Shown here piece by piece: positions 1-9,600 of a stretch of DNA of 64,000 nt (its first letter is position 1; each line of letters opens with the position of its first letter). The stretch comes from an uncultured Solirubrobacterales bacterium (GTDB lineage: Bacteria; Actinomycetota; Thermoleophilia; Solirubrobacterales; 70-9). The translations under genes were made by a program, and so were the position numbers. Under the pieces are notes generated by a model. The model made no database searches. It worked only from the letters and a program-made list of their open reading frames with translations, and was not told where the DNA came from. The stretch covers positions 2,551,798 through 2,615,797 of the forward strand of contig OY970339.1 of assembly GCA_963717495.1 (NCBI GenBank), in the 5' to 3' direction.

Positions 1-117
1 GGCGCCGGCGTCGAACTGGACCACCCCGTCCCCGTCCTCGAGGAAGTAGACGTTCATCCCGCCGCGGAGGTCCCCCCGCAGCAGCCAAACCCCGTCCGCG
101 ACCTTCTCCAGCGCCAT
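1..117 (-). CDS. MBL-fold (beta-lactamase-like) hydrolase, 5' end only; gene runs off the left edge
   Basis: The reverse strand reads ATG (115-117) then MALEKVADGVWLLRGDLRGGMNVYFLEDGDGVVQFDAGA, a typical MBL-fold N-terminus. The RBS ggtggagg lies just upstream (118-125 on the + strand). It is absent from the ORF track because it is truncated. Confidence 0.4.
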   Translation of the reverse strand, partial: MALEKVADGVWLLRGDLRGGMNVYFLEDGDGVVQFDAGA

Positions 118-339
118 GCCTCCACCTTAATAGGGTTCGACCGTGCCCTGGATCTGGAAAGCGGGAATGCTGGTGCTGATCATCTGTCTCGTCGCCTCGA
201 TGGCGATCGCGATCGTGCGCCTGGCGACGACGCCGACCGAGATCCTCGGCGACGACTTCCACGGGCTCCCCCAACGGCCCGCCGTGGATCGCGGCCGTTA
301 GTATCGGCCTCGTTCAGCGACCGGAGCAGAGGAGGCGGC

Positions 340-783
340 GTGTTCACTCGCATCGTGGTTGGAACCGATGGGTCCGAGACCGCCGCCGAGGCGGTGCGCC
401 AGGCGGTCGACCTCGCCAAGCTGGCGGGCGCGACGCTCAGCATCGTCAGCGCCTATGCGCCGGTCCCGAGCCGGCGCGTGCAGGGGGAGCAATCCGCCGC
501 CCCGGCCGACGTCCAGTACGAGATCGGCCCGCGCGAGGACGTCAACCTGGTCCTCGACGCCGCCGCCGCGTCGGCGCGCAAAGACGGCATCGAGGTCCAG
601 ACCCATCCGGTCGAGGCCGACCCGGCCGAGGCGATCCTCAGCGTCGCCGAAGAGACCAAAGCCGACCTGATCGTGGTCGGCAACAAGGGGATGACCGGCG
701 CCCGCCGCTTCCTGCTCGGCAGCGTCCCCAACAACATCTCCCATCATGCGCCCTGCTCCGTGATGGTCGTTCGCACTACTTAG
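340..783 (+). CDS. Universal stress protein (UspA family)
   Basis: GTG start preceded by ggaggaggcgg. 147 aa with 'IVVGTDGSETA' at the N-terminus and the ATP-binding tail 'VVGNKGMTGARRFLLGSVPNNISHHAPCSVMVV'. Confidence 0.9.
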   Translation: MFTRIVVGTDGSETAAEAVRQAVDLAKLAGATLSIVSAYAPVPSRRVQGEQSAAPADVQYEIGPREDVNLVLDAAAASARKDGIEVQTHPVEADPAEAILSVAEETKADLIVVGNKGMTGARRFLLGSVPNNISHHAPCSVMVVRTT

Positions 784-2191
784 GGCGCGCGATCCTCGGC
801 AGGGTTGCGAGGCCGGCGTCGATCAGGCCGGCTCCCTGCTGGACGGAGGGCAGGCCGAGGTCGCGGGCGGTGCGGCGGAGCTGTTTGGCGACCCCGTTCA
901 CGCGCGGTTTGGCGCCGTTCCTCGTTTCCGGGAAGAAGCGCGGGCCGGCGTAGGTGTCGGCGGCGAGGATCATCGCGGCGACGGCGCTGACGTGGGCGGC
1001 GGCCATCGAGGTGCCGACGTAGCTGGAGGGGATCGCGAAGACCCTGGTGCTGCCCGGCTGCAGCGTCACCTGGTAGATCGGCCGGGCGGAGACCGACGGG
1101 CATCCGGGCAGCGGCATGCCGCCGCCGGGCGCGACGACGTCGATCCCCCTGCCGGCCAGTGAGTAGTCGCCGAGGCAGCCGCCCTCGGTGGTGCCGCCGA
1201 CGCCGATCACCCGCGGTCCCGTCGCCGGCTCCGAGACGCACGTCTCCGAGCCGAGGTTGCCGGCCGAGGCGACCGCGACGACGCCGCGATCGTAGGCTTC
1301 CCGCAGCGCTTCGTCGACCAGCGGCACGCTCTTGCCGCAGCCGAAGTTGAAGCTCATGTTGATCACCTGCGCGTGGTGGGCGACGGCGAAGCGGATGCCT
1401 TGGGCGATGTCGGTCGCCTGCCCGCGGCCGTGCCTGTCGAGGACCCGCACCGGCATTAGCTTCGCCCGGTAGGCGAGCCCGGTGACCGCGATCGCGTTGC
1501 CGGTCTTCTCGCCGATCGTGCCGGCGACGTGGGTCCCGTGGCCGTTTTCGTCCAGCGGCAGCCGGTCGCCGTCGATGAAGTCGTACCCGCGGACGAACTG
1601 CCCGGCGGCGAAGTCGGGGCTGCGGACGAAGTCGGCGCCCTCGTCGCGGTAGGCGATGCCGGTGTCGAGCACGGCGACGGTCACCCCTTCGGCCCCAGGC
1701 CGTCCGGCTTCGTCGAGGTTGCGCCAGGCCGTGACCGCGTCGATGCCCCCCGGGGAGACCGGCAGGTGGGTCGTCGCGTTCCCTTCCCAGGGCAGGAAGT
1801 TCCACTGCTTGAAGGCCCAGTCGCCGGCCGAGGCGGCCGCTTCAGAGGCGCCTTCCAGGGTGCCGGGGTCGTTGGGGAGCGCGGTGGGTTCGGTCGGGCT
1901 CGCCGCCGCGGCGACAGCTGGACGGGCGCTGGAGGCGGTGGCGACGTAGTCGGGCTCGGCGTAGGCGACGTCGGGGTTCTGCCGCAGCGCCACGGCGGCC
2001 TCCCGCACCCCGACACCGGCCGGCAGCGGCACCGCGCGCCCGCGCGGCTCCCCCGCGAACTTGACCACGAGCTGCCGCGGGGCGAATTCGCGAGCGGGGG
2101 AGAGCCCCGTCGAGGCCGCGGCCGGGGCGGCGCCCCCGGCAAACGCGGCAAGCAGGGCCAGGACGGCGATTATCGGCAGCAGTCGTTTCAT
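776..2191 (-). CDS. Secreted subtilisin-like serine protease (peptidase S8)
   Basis: Signal peptide MKRLLPIIAVLALLAAFAGGAAPAAA. Catalytic motifs are VAVLDTGI (Asp), HGTHVAGTI (His) and GTSMAAAHVSAVAA (Ser). An N-terminal propeptide-like region is present. Confidence 0.9.
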   Translation of the reverse strand: MKRLLPIIAVLALLAAFAGGAAPAAASTGLSPAREFAPRQLVVKFAGEPRGRAVPLPAGVGVREAAVALRQNPDVAYAEPDYVATASSARPAVAAAASPTEPTALPNDPGTLEGASEAAASAGDWAFKQWNFLPWEGNATTHLPVSPGGIDAVTAWRNLDEAGRPGAEGVTVAVLDTGIAYRDEGADFVRSPDFAAGQFVRGYDFIDGDRLPLDENGHGTHVAGTIGEKTGNAIAVTGLAYRAKLMPVRVLDRHGRGQATDIAQGIRFAVAHHAQVINMSFNFGCGKSVPLVDEALREAYDRGVVAVASAGNLGSETCVSEPATGPRVIGVGGTTEGGCLGDYSLAGRGIDVVAPGGGMPLPGCPSVSARPIYQVTLQPGSTRVFAIPSSYVGTSMAAAHVSAVAAMILAADTYAGPRFFPETRNGAKPRVNGVAKQLRRTARDLGLPSVQQGAGLIDAGLATLPRIARPK

Positions 2192-2288
2192 CTGATCGGT
2201 TGGCGCGCTCGAATCCCCCGGAGCGAGCGAGCCTTAGAGCTAACACCGGCAGGCCGGCGAAGTTGTAGGGGGACATACTCCCGGATCG

Positions 2289-2759
2289 ATGGGCGAAGGC
2301 AACCCCGCAGCCAGGCACGAGAACGGGATGGACCAGGCGCTCGTGCAGGCCCGCCGGGCGGAGGCCCACGGCGACGTCCCGATCGGCGCCGCGATCCTGC
2401 GCGACGGCGAGCTCCTCGCCGCCGCCGGCAACGAGCGCGAGCTGCGCCGCGACCCCACCGCCCACGCCGAGATCCTCGCCATACGCGCCGCCGCCGAGGC
2501 CCTCGGCGGCTGGCGCCTGCCGGGCACGACCCTCTACGTCACCCTCGAGCCCTGCGCGATGTGCGCCGGCGCGATCGTCCTCGCCCGCATCCCCACCGTC
2601 GTCATCGGCACCCCCGACCCCAAGGCCGGCGCCGCCGGCAGCGTCCTCGACGTTCTCGCGGAGCCCGCCCTCAACCACCGCCCGGAGATCATTTCCGACG
2701 TGCGTGGGGAGGAGTGCGCCGCGTTGCTGCGCGCATTCTTCAGCGCCCGCCGAGGCTGA
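2289..2759 (+). CDS. tadA: tRNA adenosine(34) deaminase
   Basis: Zinc/CDA motifs HAEILAIR and TLEPCAMCAGAI. 156 aa. The start could instead be the internal Met (MDQALV). Confidence 0.9.
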   Translation: MGEGNPAARHENGMDQALVQARRAEAHGDVPIGAAILRDGELLAAAGNERELRRDPTAHAEILAIRAAAEALGGWRLPGTTLYVTLEPCAMCAGAIVLARIPTVVIGTPDPKAGAAGSVLDVLAEPALNHRPEIISDVRGEECAALLRAFFSARRG

Positions 2760-2786
2760 GAGCCAATACTCTTGAGCGAGCACCCT

Positions 2787-2876
2787 GGAGAGGTGTCCGA
2801 GCGGCTTAAGGAGCGCGATTGGAAATCGCGTGGGCGGGGTTAACCCGCCTCGAGGGTTCGAATCCCTCCCTCTCCG
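2787..2876 (+). tRNA. tRNA-Ser (anticodon GGA)
   Basis: Hand-folded cloverleaf. Acceptor GGAGAGG/CCTCTCC, anticodon stem CGCGA/TCGCG with loop TTGGAAA, long variable arm (class II), T-arm GAGGG-TTCGAAT-CCCTC. CCA is not encoded. Confidence 0.9.
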
Positions 2877-2887
2877 TTACCGGCCGG

Positions 2888-3232
2888 TTATTTCCCGTCC
2901 CCACTCGGTTCCGATTCGAGTGCGCTTTCGACCTGTTCGGTGACTTCTTCGGACACCTGGTTTGCCGCTGCTGAGGCGGCCTGTGGCGCTACTTCCTTGG
3001 CGGCGTTGTCGGCCGCGGTTTCTGCTGCCTTGGTGGCAAACAGCCCCCCAAGCCCGCCGGCGGCGAGCAGCCCGAACAACACCCCAACGGCGGTGAACAC
3101 CTGCTTCGAGGTTGCTTCCGGGGTGTTCGTGAGGAGGACGAGGGCGATTAACCCCACCCCTGCCGCGAGGACGAGGACGGCGAGGATGAGCGTGGCGAGA
3201 GTCGGATCGATCGATGCGAGGGGGAGCTCCAT
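2888..3232 (-). CDS. Hypothetical small membrane protein (two TM segments, acidic Ala/Glu-rich tail)
   Basis: 114-aa ORF with the strong RBS aaggaga upstream of its ATG, inside an AT-rich leader. TM-like stretches are LATLILAVLVLAAGVGLIALVLL and VFTAVGVLFGLLAAGGLGGLF. I do not recognise the family. Confidence 0.6.
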   Translation of the reverse strand: MELPLASIDPTLATLILAVLVLAAGVGLIALVLLTNTPEATSKQVFTAVGVLFGLLAAGGLGGLFATKAAETAADNAAKEVAPQAASAAANQVSEEVTEQVESALESEPSGDGK

Positions 3233-3349
3233 CTGTTCTCCTTAGTAAGAAAATTAACTAAGCAGAAAACCCTTATTGATAACTGTTAGATAAGCAACTA
3301 GAGGTGTCCTTATTTGGCACTCACTTGGAGTGCTCGACATGGGGAGGGT

Positions 3350-5281
3350 TCAGGCTGCCGCTGCCTGTGGAACCGGAAGCCCGATTGGGATCACGATCGA
3401 CTCCGACTCGGGCAGCGGCGCGGCGTTGGGGCGGTGGCCGCGCAGGCGCTCGTGGCTGCAGACGACGTAGCACCACTCCATCAGCCGCAGGCGGGAGTCG
3501 GGGTCGATCTCGGCGATCGTGGCGCCGACCAGGAAGCGCCCGTCGACCTCGCGGCAGCTGCGCACCTCGACCTGGGCGGTCACCTCGTGGACGGCGCCGG
3601 TGGCGTCGGACAGCTCCAGCAGGACCGCCGGGCGCATCCCGACCTCGATCGGCGCCTCGGCGACCAGGCCGACCCCGGAGGCGCTGGCGTCGACGAGCCG
3701 CGCCGGCACGTGACTGTCGGTGGAGAAGCAGTGCGCCTCGGCGTCGCCCTCGAAGCGGTAGACGAGCCGGCGCTGGCGTCGGCGCCCGACCGCGAACACG
3801 GTTTTCAGCAGCCGCCGCAGCTCGAACAGCCCCAGCAGCGGCACGATCACCGCGGCGATCCCGGGCAGGTCCGGCAACGGCCCGGCGCCGGCCAGGTCGA
3901 GCAGCCGCAGCAGCGTGCCCGTGGCGAGCAGGAAGGTGCAGAAGAGCACCAGGCGCAGCTTGCGCACGGCGTCGAGGCCGCCGCCGTCGCGGCCCTGCTT
4001 CGGCGTCACCACGAAGGCGGTTTTTCCTGGTCGCACGATGCAGCGCAGGGCGCGGGTGTAGATCTCCATCGTCAGCAGCTCGTAGTGGGCGGTCTCGGGG
4101 ATCCGCATGTAGCCGCGCGCCAGCGCCGCGCCGGCGCCGAGGTTGAGCAGCAGCGAAGGTAACCAGAGCGCGGCCAGCGCCACGATGCTGATCTTCATCG
4201 GCAGCTCGCCGGTCCACAGCACAAGCCCCAGGGTGAGTAGCAGCAGCAGCCGCATCGGCGGCGCCAGGTAGGCGAGCAGGCTGGCGAGGTAGGAGAGGCG
4301 CTGCAGCGGCCGCAGCTCGCGGGCGCGCAGGGGGGACTCGGGCAGGGTGAAGACGGCGAGGTTGCCGCGCGCCCAGCGGTCGCGCTGCAGCAGGTAGCCG
4401 TCGAGGTCGTGCGGGGCGAGGCCCTGGACCAGCACCTCGTCGTGGTAGCGGCTGCGCCAGCCCGCGCGCAGCAGCCGGATCGTCGTGTGGAAGTCCTCGG
4501 CGATCGTCTCGGTCGCGACGCCGCCGATCTCCAGCAGGGCGTGGCGGTTGATCAGCGCCGCCGAGCCGCACCAGTAGGCGGCGCCGTGGCGGTCCTTGCC
4601 GGGACAGACGACGCGGTAGAAGAGCGACTGCTCGTGGCGACCGACCGCGTAGTGCTGGGCCGAGTCGTGGTTGAAGAAGTCGTGCGGGGTCTGGACCAGC
4701 GCCATCCGCTCGTCGTCGAAGTAGCCGACCAGGGCGTCGAGCGCGTCGGGCATCGGCACGTGGTCGGCGTCGAGCATCAGGAGCAGGTCGCCCTCGGTGC
4801 GCGGCAGCGCCGCGTTGAGGTTGCCTGCCTTGGCATGGGAGTTGTCGGGGCGGGTCAGGTAGCGGGCCCCGGCCAGCTCGGCGATCTCCTTCATCTCCGG
4901 CCGGCGCCCGTCGTCGAGCAGGTAGGTCGTGTGCGGATAGGTGAGCGCGCGGCAACCGGCCAGCGTCGCCATCACCACCTCGTAGGGCTCGTCGTAGGTG
5001 CAGACGTAGACGTCGACCGAGCGCCCCGGCGTCGTCGCCGGCCGTACCGCCGCCGGCCGCGACCAGGAGAACCAGGTGAGGATCGCCAGCGCGTAGATCC
5101 CGTAGATCTCGGTCGCCAGCAGCATCACGAAGAGGACGGGGCTCGCCCCTTCGCCGCTCCAGCCGACCCGCCAGGTCAGGTAGCCGAGCCCCCAGATCAG
5201 GGCGCTCAGCGCCAACGTCCGCAGCAGGCGGGGATGGCGGTCGAAGAACCGCCCGGCTCTGGTCTGCTCGCCACTGGCCAC
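3350..5281 (-). CDS. Processive family-2 glycosyltransferase, cellulose-synthase (BcsA)-like, with C-terminal PilZ c-di-GMP-binding domain
   Basis: GT2 motifs YVCTYDEP, LLMLDADHVP, IAEDFHTT (TED-like) and LQRDRWARGN (QxxRW), with multiple TM helices. The C-terminus carries PilZ motifs RRRQRR ... DASASGVG. Confidence 0.85.
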   Translation of the reverse strand: MASGEQTRAGRFFDRHPRLLRTLALSALIWGLGYLTWRVGWSGEGASPVLFVMLLATEIYGIYALAILTWFSWSRPAAVRPATTPGRSVDVYVCTYDEPYEVVMATLAGCRALTYPHTTYLLDDGRRPEMKEIAELAGARYLTRPDNSHAKAGNLNAALPRTEGDLLLMLDADHVPMPDALDALVGYFDDERMALVQTPHDFFNHDSAQHYAVGRHEQSLFYRVVCPGKDRHGAAYWCGSAALINRHALLEIGGVATETIAEDFHTTIRLLRAGWRSRYHDEVLVQGLAPHDLDGYLLQRDRWARGNLAVFTLPESPLRARELRPLQRLSYLASLLAYLAPPMRLLLLLTLGLVLWTGELPMKISIVALAALWLPSLLLNLGAGAALARGYMRIPETAHYELLTMEIYTRALRCIVRPGKTAFVVTPKQGRDGGGLDAVRKLRLVLFCTFLLATGTLLRLLDLAGAGPLPDLPGIAAVIVPLLGLFELRRLLKTVFAVGRRRQRRLVYRFEGDAEAHCFSTDSHVPARLVDASASGVGLVAEAPIEVGMRPAVLLELSDATGAVHEVTAQVEVRSCREVDGRFLVGATIAEIDPDSRLRLMEWCYVVCSHERLRGHRPNAAPLPESESIVIPIGLPVPQAAAA

Positions 5282-5338
5282 ATGAGTTGATCGGCCAGGA
5301 ACGGGCGGGTCTTTAAGCGTGGGCGGCCCGTGGGCGAT

Positions 5339-5770
5339 CTACAGGTTGCGGACTCGCCTGCCGATCGCCTGATCCAGCGGATAGCCCGCCGCCGCCCAGA
5401 ACGCTCCCGCGACCTCGTCGTCATGGGCGACGAGCGCCGTTACGCGACGGCCTCCGCGCCCTCGCAGGTAGTCCTCGCCTGCCCGGACCAAGGCGAGCCC
5501 GATTCCCTGCCGACGTTGCCCATCGCGAACGGCGAGTCGGTACATGTTCCCTCGCCAGCCGTCCCAGCCGGCGATCAGGGCGCCGAAGATCACTCCCTCC
5601 CGCTCGGCGACCAGGAGGGTGGCCGGCGAATCGGCGGCGACCAGGCGCTCGACATCGTCGAGGCGGTCAGGCGTGCTCGCATGCCCGCTTCGAGCCTCTC
5701 TCCAGAGCTCCAAAACGGCCATGACATCGGTCTCTTGGCACTGACGCACTGTGATTCGCTCGCCCGCCAA
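5339..5770 (-). CDS. GNAT family N-acetyltransferase
   Basis: 143 aa with the acetyl-CoA motif region 'LAVRDGQRRQGIGLALVRAGEDYLRGRG'. Confidence 0.85.
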   Translation of the reverse strand: MAGERITVRQCQETDVMAVLELWREARSGHASTPDRLDDVERLVAADSPATLLVAEREGVIFGALIAGWDGWRGNMYRLAVRDGQRRQGIGLALVRAGEDYLRGRGGRRVTALVAHDDEVAGAFWAAAGYPLDQAIGRRVRNL

Positions 5771-5904
5771 GTCCGAAGCCTATTGCGATTCCGAACGCAC
5801 AGGTTCTACACGGCCGATCCTGGGGCAGCCGGATAGAGCTGCTCGCCATCAGCTGACGTTCCCTGCAGATTCGGCCTCGCTAGGATTCCGCTTGCTGAAG
5901 CCCT

Positions 5905-5991
5905 GGAGGGGTGCCGGAGTGGTTGAACGGGGCAGTCTCGAAAACTGTTGGCGTCGCAAGGCGCTCGTGGGTTCGAATCCCACCCCCTCCG
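5905..5991 (+). tRNA. tRNA-Ser (anticodon CGA)
   Basis: Acceptor GGAGGGG/CCCCTCC, anticodon loop CTCGAAA, long variable arm, T-arm GTGGG-TTCGAAT-CCCAC. CCA is not encoded. Confidence 0.9.
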
Positions 5992-5998
5992 CTTGACA

Positions 5999-6445
5999 TC
6001 AGTCCGAATGTACCAGCGAGATTCCCCAGATCGCGACGGGCGGTGGCGCCAGCAATAGCGCCAGGGTGAAGATCTCGGCGATCGCGTCGGCGGTGCCGAA
6101 GCCTGCCAGGTGGCCGGAGTGGAAGATCAGGTGGAGCGTGGCGGTCAGCAGCCAGGCCACGCAGACGGCCCGCACCAGCGTGCGCTCCAGCGTCCAGGCC
6201 GCCCAGGCGAAGAGGACGGCGAAACCGAGGTAGAGGCCGCCGACGTCGGTGACCAGGTGCTCGTTGTAGGGCGGCAGCAGCTCGACCCAGTGGGCGACGA
6301 AGGGGAAGTCGTCGTAGAAGGTCTGTGGCAGCACCGCTGCGGTCAGCCCGATCACGGCTGCTGAGGCGAAGAGGAAGCCCAACGCGGCTCGGGCTGTTGT
6401 CGGCGACCTCACCATCGCAGCATAAAGCTCCCTGCAAATCACCAC
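5999..6445 (-). CDS. Hypothetical integral membrane protein (4 predicted TM)
   Basis: 148-aa hydrophobic ORF. I do not recognise the family. Confidence 0.6.
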   Translation of the reverse strand: MVICRELYAAMVRSPTTARAALGFLFASAAVIGLTAAVLPQTFYDDFPFVAHWVELLPPYNEHLVTDVGGLYLGFAVLFAWAAWTLERTLVRAVCVAWLLTATLHLIFHSGHLAGFGTADAIAEIFTLALLLAPPPVAIWGISLVHSD

Positions 6446-6473
6446 CTTCTGTGCTCCATACCAGTCTCGTACC

Positions 6474-6503
6474 TTGACAATTACAAACCAGTATGTTTAC
6501 CTT
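6474..6503 (+). promoter_or_regulatory. Candidate sigma-70-type promoter for the giant secreted-protein operon
   Basis: TTGACA (6474-6479), an 18-nt spacer, then TACCTT (6498-6503, fits TANNNT), in a low-GC intergenic region. It is flanked by the related motifs ACCAGTctcGTACC and ACCAGTatGTTTACC, a possible operator. Confidence 0.3.
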
Positions 6504-6646
6504 CTCGCGACGCTTTAGGAACCAAAGTGTCAGTTCAGGGAACGCTCTCGTTTAGAGCGGGCAGCACAACAGGGAAACCGAGCCTCGAGATAGCGCCGCT
6601 CTAGGGAAGTGGCCGACAGGGGCTCAAGGGACAAGGAGAGCATTAC

Positions 6647-9600
6647 GTGAGACGCCCCACGAAGGCATCGGCTGCGGGATCGACCTCGAGCCGAGCAAGC
6701 TACTTCGGCTCGGTCCTCGATGGAGCCTTCGCTACCCCCAGGCTCTCCTCTGACGTTGATGGGAGTGGTGTGTCCTCATATCGAGGTGCCCGCCTTCAGA
6801 TTCTCCTCCTCTGTTTCGCCGTCGTTGCCGCGATGGCGCTCACAGCCGTCCCCGCCTCCGCCGATCTCACCCACCCCTACACAGGTCTCTCTTTCGGCCC
6901 GGACGGAACCTCAGCGACCAGCTTCGACAGCGTCCAAGGCGTTGCCGTAGACCAGGCGAGCGAAGATGTCTACGTCTATGACACCGGCGCCGGCGGCAAG
7001 GTCTACAAATTCGACTCCAGCGGTGCCCCGGTCAGCTTCTCGGCCCTTACCGGCAACGCGATCGAAGGCGTTGGCGGCACCAGCGGTGCCGAAAATGAGA
7101 TCGCCATCGCGCCCGCCGGAGCGAGCGGAGGTACCGCCGGGGACATATACGTCGCAAACAACGTCGCGGTCAAAATCTATGACCAAAGTGGCACCCAGCT
7201 TGGCGAACTGACCGCTTCGGAGCCCTGCGGCGTCGCGACCGACCCGGCCGGCCACGTCTTCGTCGGCGTCTATCCGTCAGAAGTCATCGAATACACACCC
7301 AGCGCCGACCCCGTCACCAACGCCGATCAAACCGCCATCTCCTCGGGGGTCGTCCAAGGAATCTGCAATGTCGCCGCTGACGGTCTCGGCAACATTTACG
7401 CTGCCAAATACAACGGCGAAGTCAGCAAGCTCGAAGGTCTGGGGGACTCCAGCGCCTCGCTCTTGGACTCAAGCGCCACCACCCTGGCGGTCGACCCCGC
7501 CACCAACGACGTCTATGCCAACCGGGAAGTGGCTGTCAGGCAGTACGATTCCTCCGGCACGCTGCTGGGCAGCTTCGGTTCCGACCGGCTCGTCGGATCG
7601 CGTGGGATAGCAGTGAATGCCGCCAAAGGTGAAATCTACGTCGGCAACGCCGCAACGAACCGAGTCGAGATCTTCGGTTCAGGGGTTGTTCTTCCCGGCC
7701 TCACTCCGGAACCAGTCACGGCGATCACCGGGACCAAAGCGACCCTGAACGCCAGCGTCAACCCCGACGGGGTTGCCGTCAGCGAATGCAAGTTCGAATA
7801 CGGTCTCACCACTGCCTACGGCAGCTCCAAACCCTGTGAAGGAGCGATTCCACCCGACTCCAGCGACCACTCCGTCAGCGCTTCACTGGCTGGCCTGAGT
7901 CCCGCCACTATCTACCACTTCAGGATCGTTGCCACCAACACCAACGGAACTAACGAAAGCGCGGATCAAAGCTTCGAAACCAGTGCGACGGTAGTCACGG
8001 GATCCGCGACCGCGCTTGTCGGTTCTACTGCCACTCTCAATGGCACCGTGAGTCCCGAAGGCGTCCCGTTCACCGATTGCAGCTTCGAATTCGGCCTGAC
8101 CAACGCTTATGGCTCGGTGGCCCCCTGCGCCGAGACCCCGGCGACGATCGGCGCAGGCTTCGGCCCGGTTGGCGTTCACGCCGACCTCAGCGGCTTGACT
8201 CTCGGCTCCGTCTATCACTACCGCCTCAGCGCGACCAATACCGACGGCACCGTTCAAGGCAGCGACCAAAGCTTCAAGACTCCTGGCGCTTCCATCGAAG
8301 CAGAGTGGGTGGCGAGTGTCGCTGCCAAAGAGGCGACCCTGAAGGCCATCATCAATCCCGAAGGCTCGGCGACGACCTACCACCTCGAGTACGGGACCGA
8401 CACCTCTTATGGCAACAGCACGCATGAGGCCGTCGTTGGCTCCGATGAAGTCGGACACACGGTGACCTCCCTGGTAGAGGGTCTGGCGCCGGGGGTTACC
8501 TACCACTGGCGCGTTGTCGCGACCAACTCGGTTGGCGCTTCCGAGGGACCCGACCGCACCTTCACGACCCATGCCATCTCATCGGAAGGGGAGCCGGGAT
8601 GTCCCAACCAGGAATTCCGCACCGGCTCCTCCGCCCATCTTCCTGATTGCCGCGCCTACGAGATGGTCTCTCCGGTGGACAAAAGCAACGGGGATATCAT
8701 CACGCGCCTCAATCTCACCGGGTTTTTGACCGCTCTGGATCAGAGCTCGGTCGACGGCAATGGCTTTACCTACTCCTCGTACCGCGCCTTCGCCAATCCC
8801 GAAGGCGCTCCCTACACCAACCAGTTTCTCGCTCGCCGTACTCCGGGAAACGGTTGGCAGACCAAAGCCATAGATCCGCCCCGGTTTGGCGACACCTTCA
8901 TTGCCAAGGTCGAACTTGAGAACGACTACAAAGCATTCTCGGGCGACCTCTCCAGCGCTTGGCTGGTTCACGAATCGGAACCAACTCTCTCGCCATGTGC
9001 GCCGGCGGGTTTTGCCAATATTTATCGACGGACTGAAGCGTCGGACACCTATGAGGCACTGAACTGCGCCACGCCCATGTTGGAAGCAAGGGGCTTCAGC
9101 CCTGAACTTCAGGGGTTTTCTGCCGATGGCAGCGCCGCGGTTTTCCGCGCCGATGACAAGCTCACGGCGAATGCCTCTGAAGCGACGACGTTCACTGAAC
9201 TTGGGCTTCGGACGAATTATCAAGTCTATGAGTCAATAGAGGGTGACCTACGATTGATTAGTGTCTTGCCCAATGGTATTGCCACTACCGCGAATGCTTC
9301 GGCGGGAACCGCCCTTAGCAATGACTTCACGAATCACAATCGCGAACAGAGCGTGAGTCATGCCGTCTCATCAGATGGAACCAGGGTCTTTTGGAGTACG
9401 GGACTCAGCGCTGGACCAATCTACCTACGCCTTAACACCAACGAGGAGCAGAGCGCTAGCGGGGCTTGCGACGAAGCAGATAAAGCGTGCACGATGGAGG
9501 TCTCTGGTTCCGTCACTTCCGAACCCGCCTACTTTCAAACGGCAAACTCGGAGGGAACCAAAGCTCTCTTTACCGTTATCGAAGGTCCACTTGCCGGTAA

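Noticed and set aside
167-301. A 44-codon ORF (MLVLIICLVASMAIAIVRLATTPTEILGDDFHGLPQRPAVDRGR) in the gap between the MBL-fold gene and the USP gene.
   Set aside because: It has one hydrophobic segment but no convincing RBS and no recognisable family, and it is below the track threshold. That is too weak to call a gene.
6446-6646. A possible c-di-GMP riboswitch (GEMM-I/II) in the long leader of the giant-protein operon, given the c-di-GMP genes in the window.
   Set aside because: I could not find the conserved GEMM elements (paired GNRA tetraloop/receptor helices, the ACGCACAGGGCAAACC / GGGACGCAAAGCC-like cores). Only a vague 'cagggaaacc' is present. A covariance-model scan would be needed to settle it.
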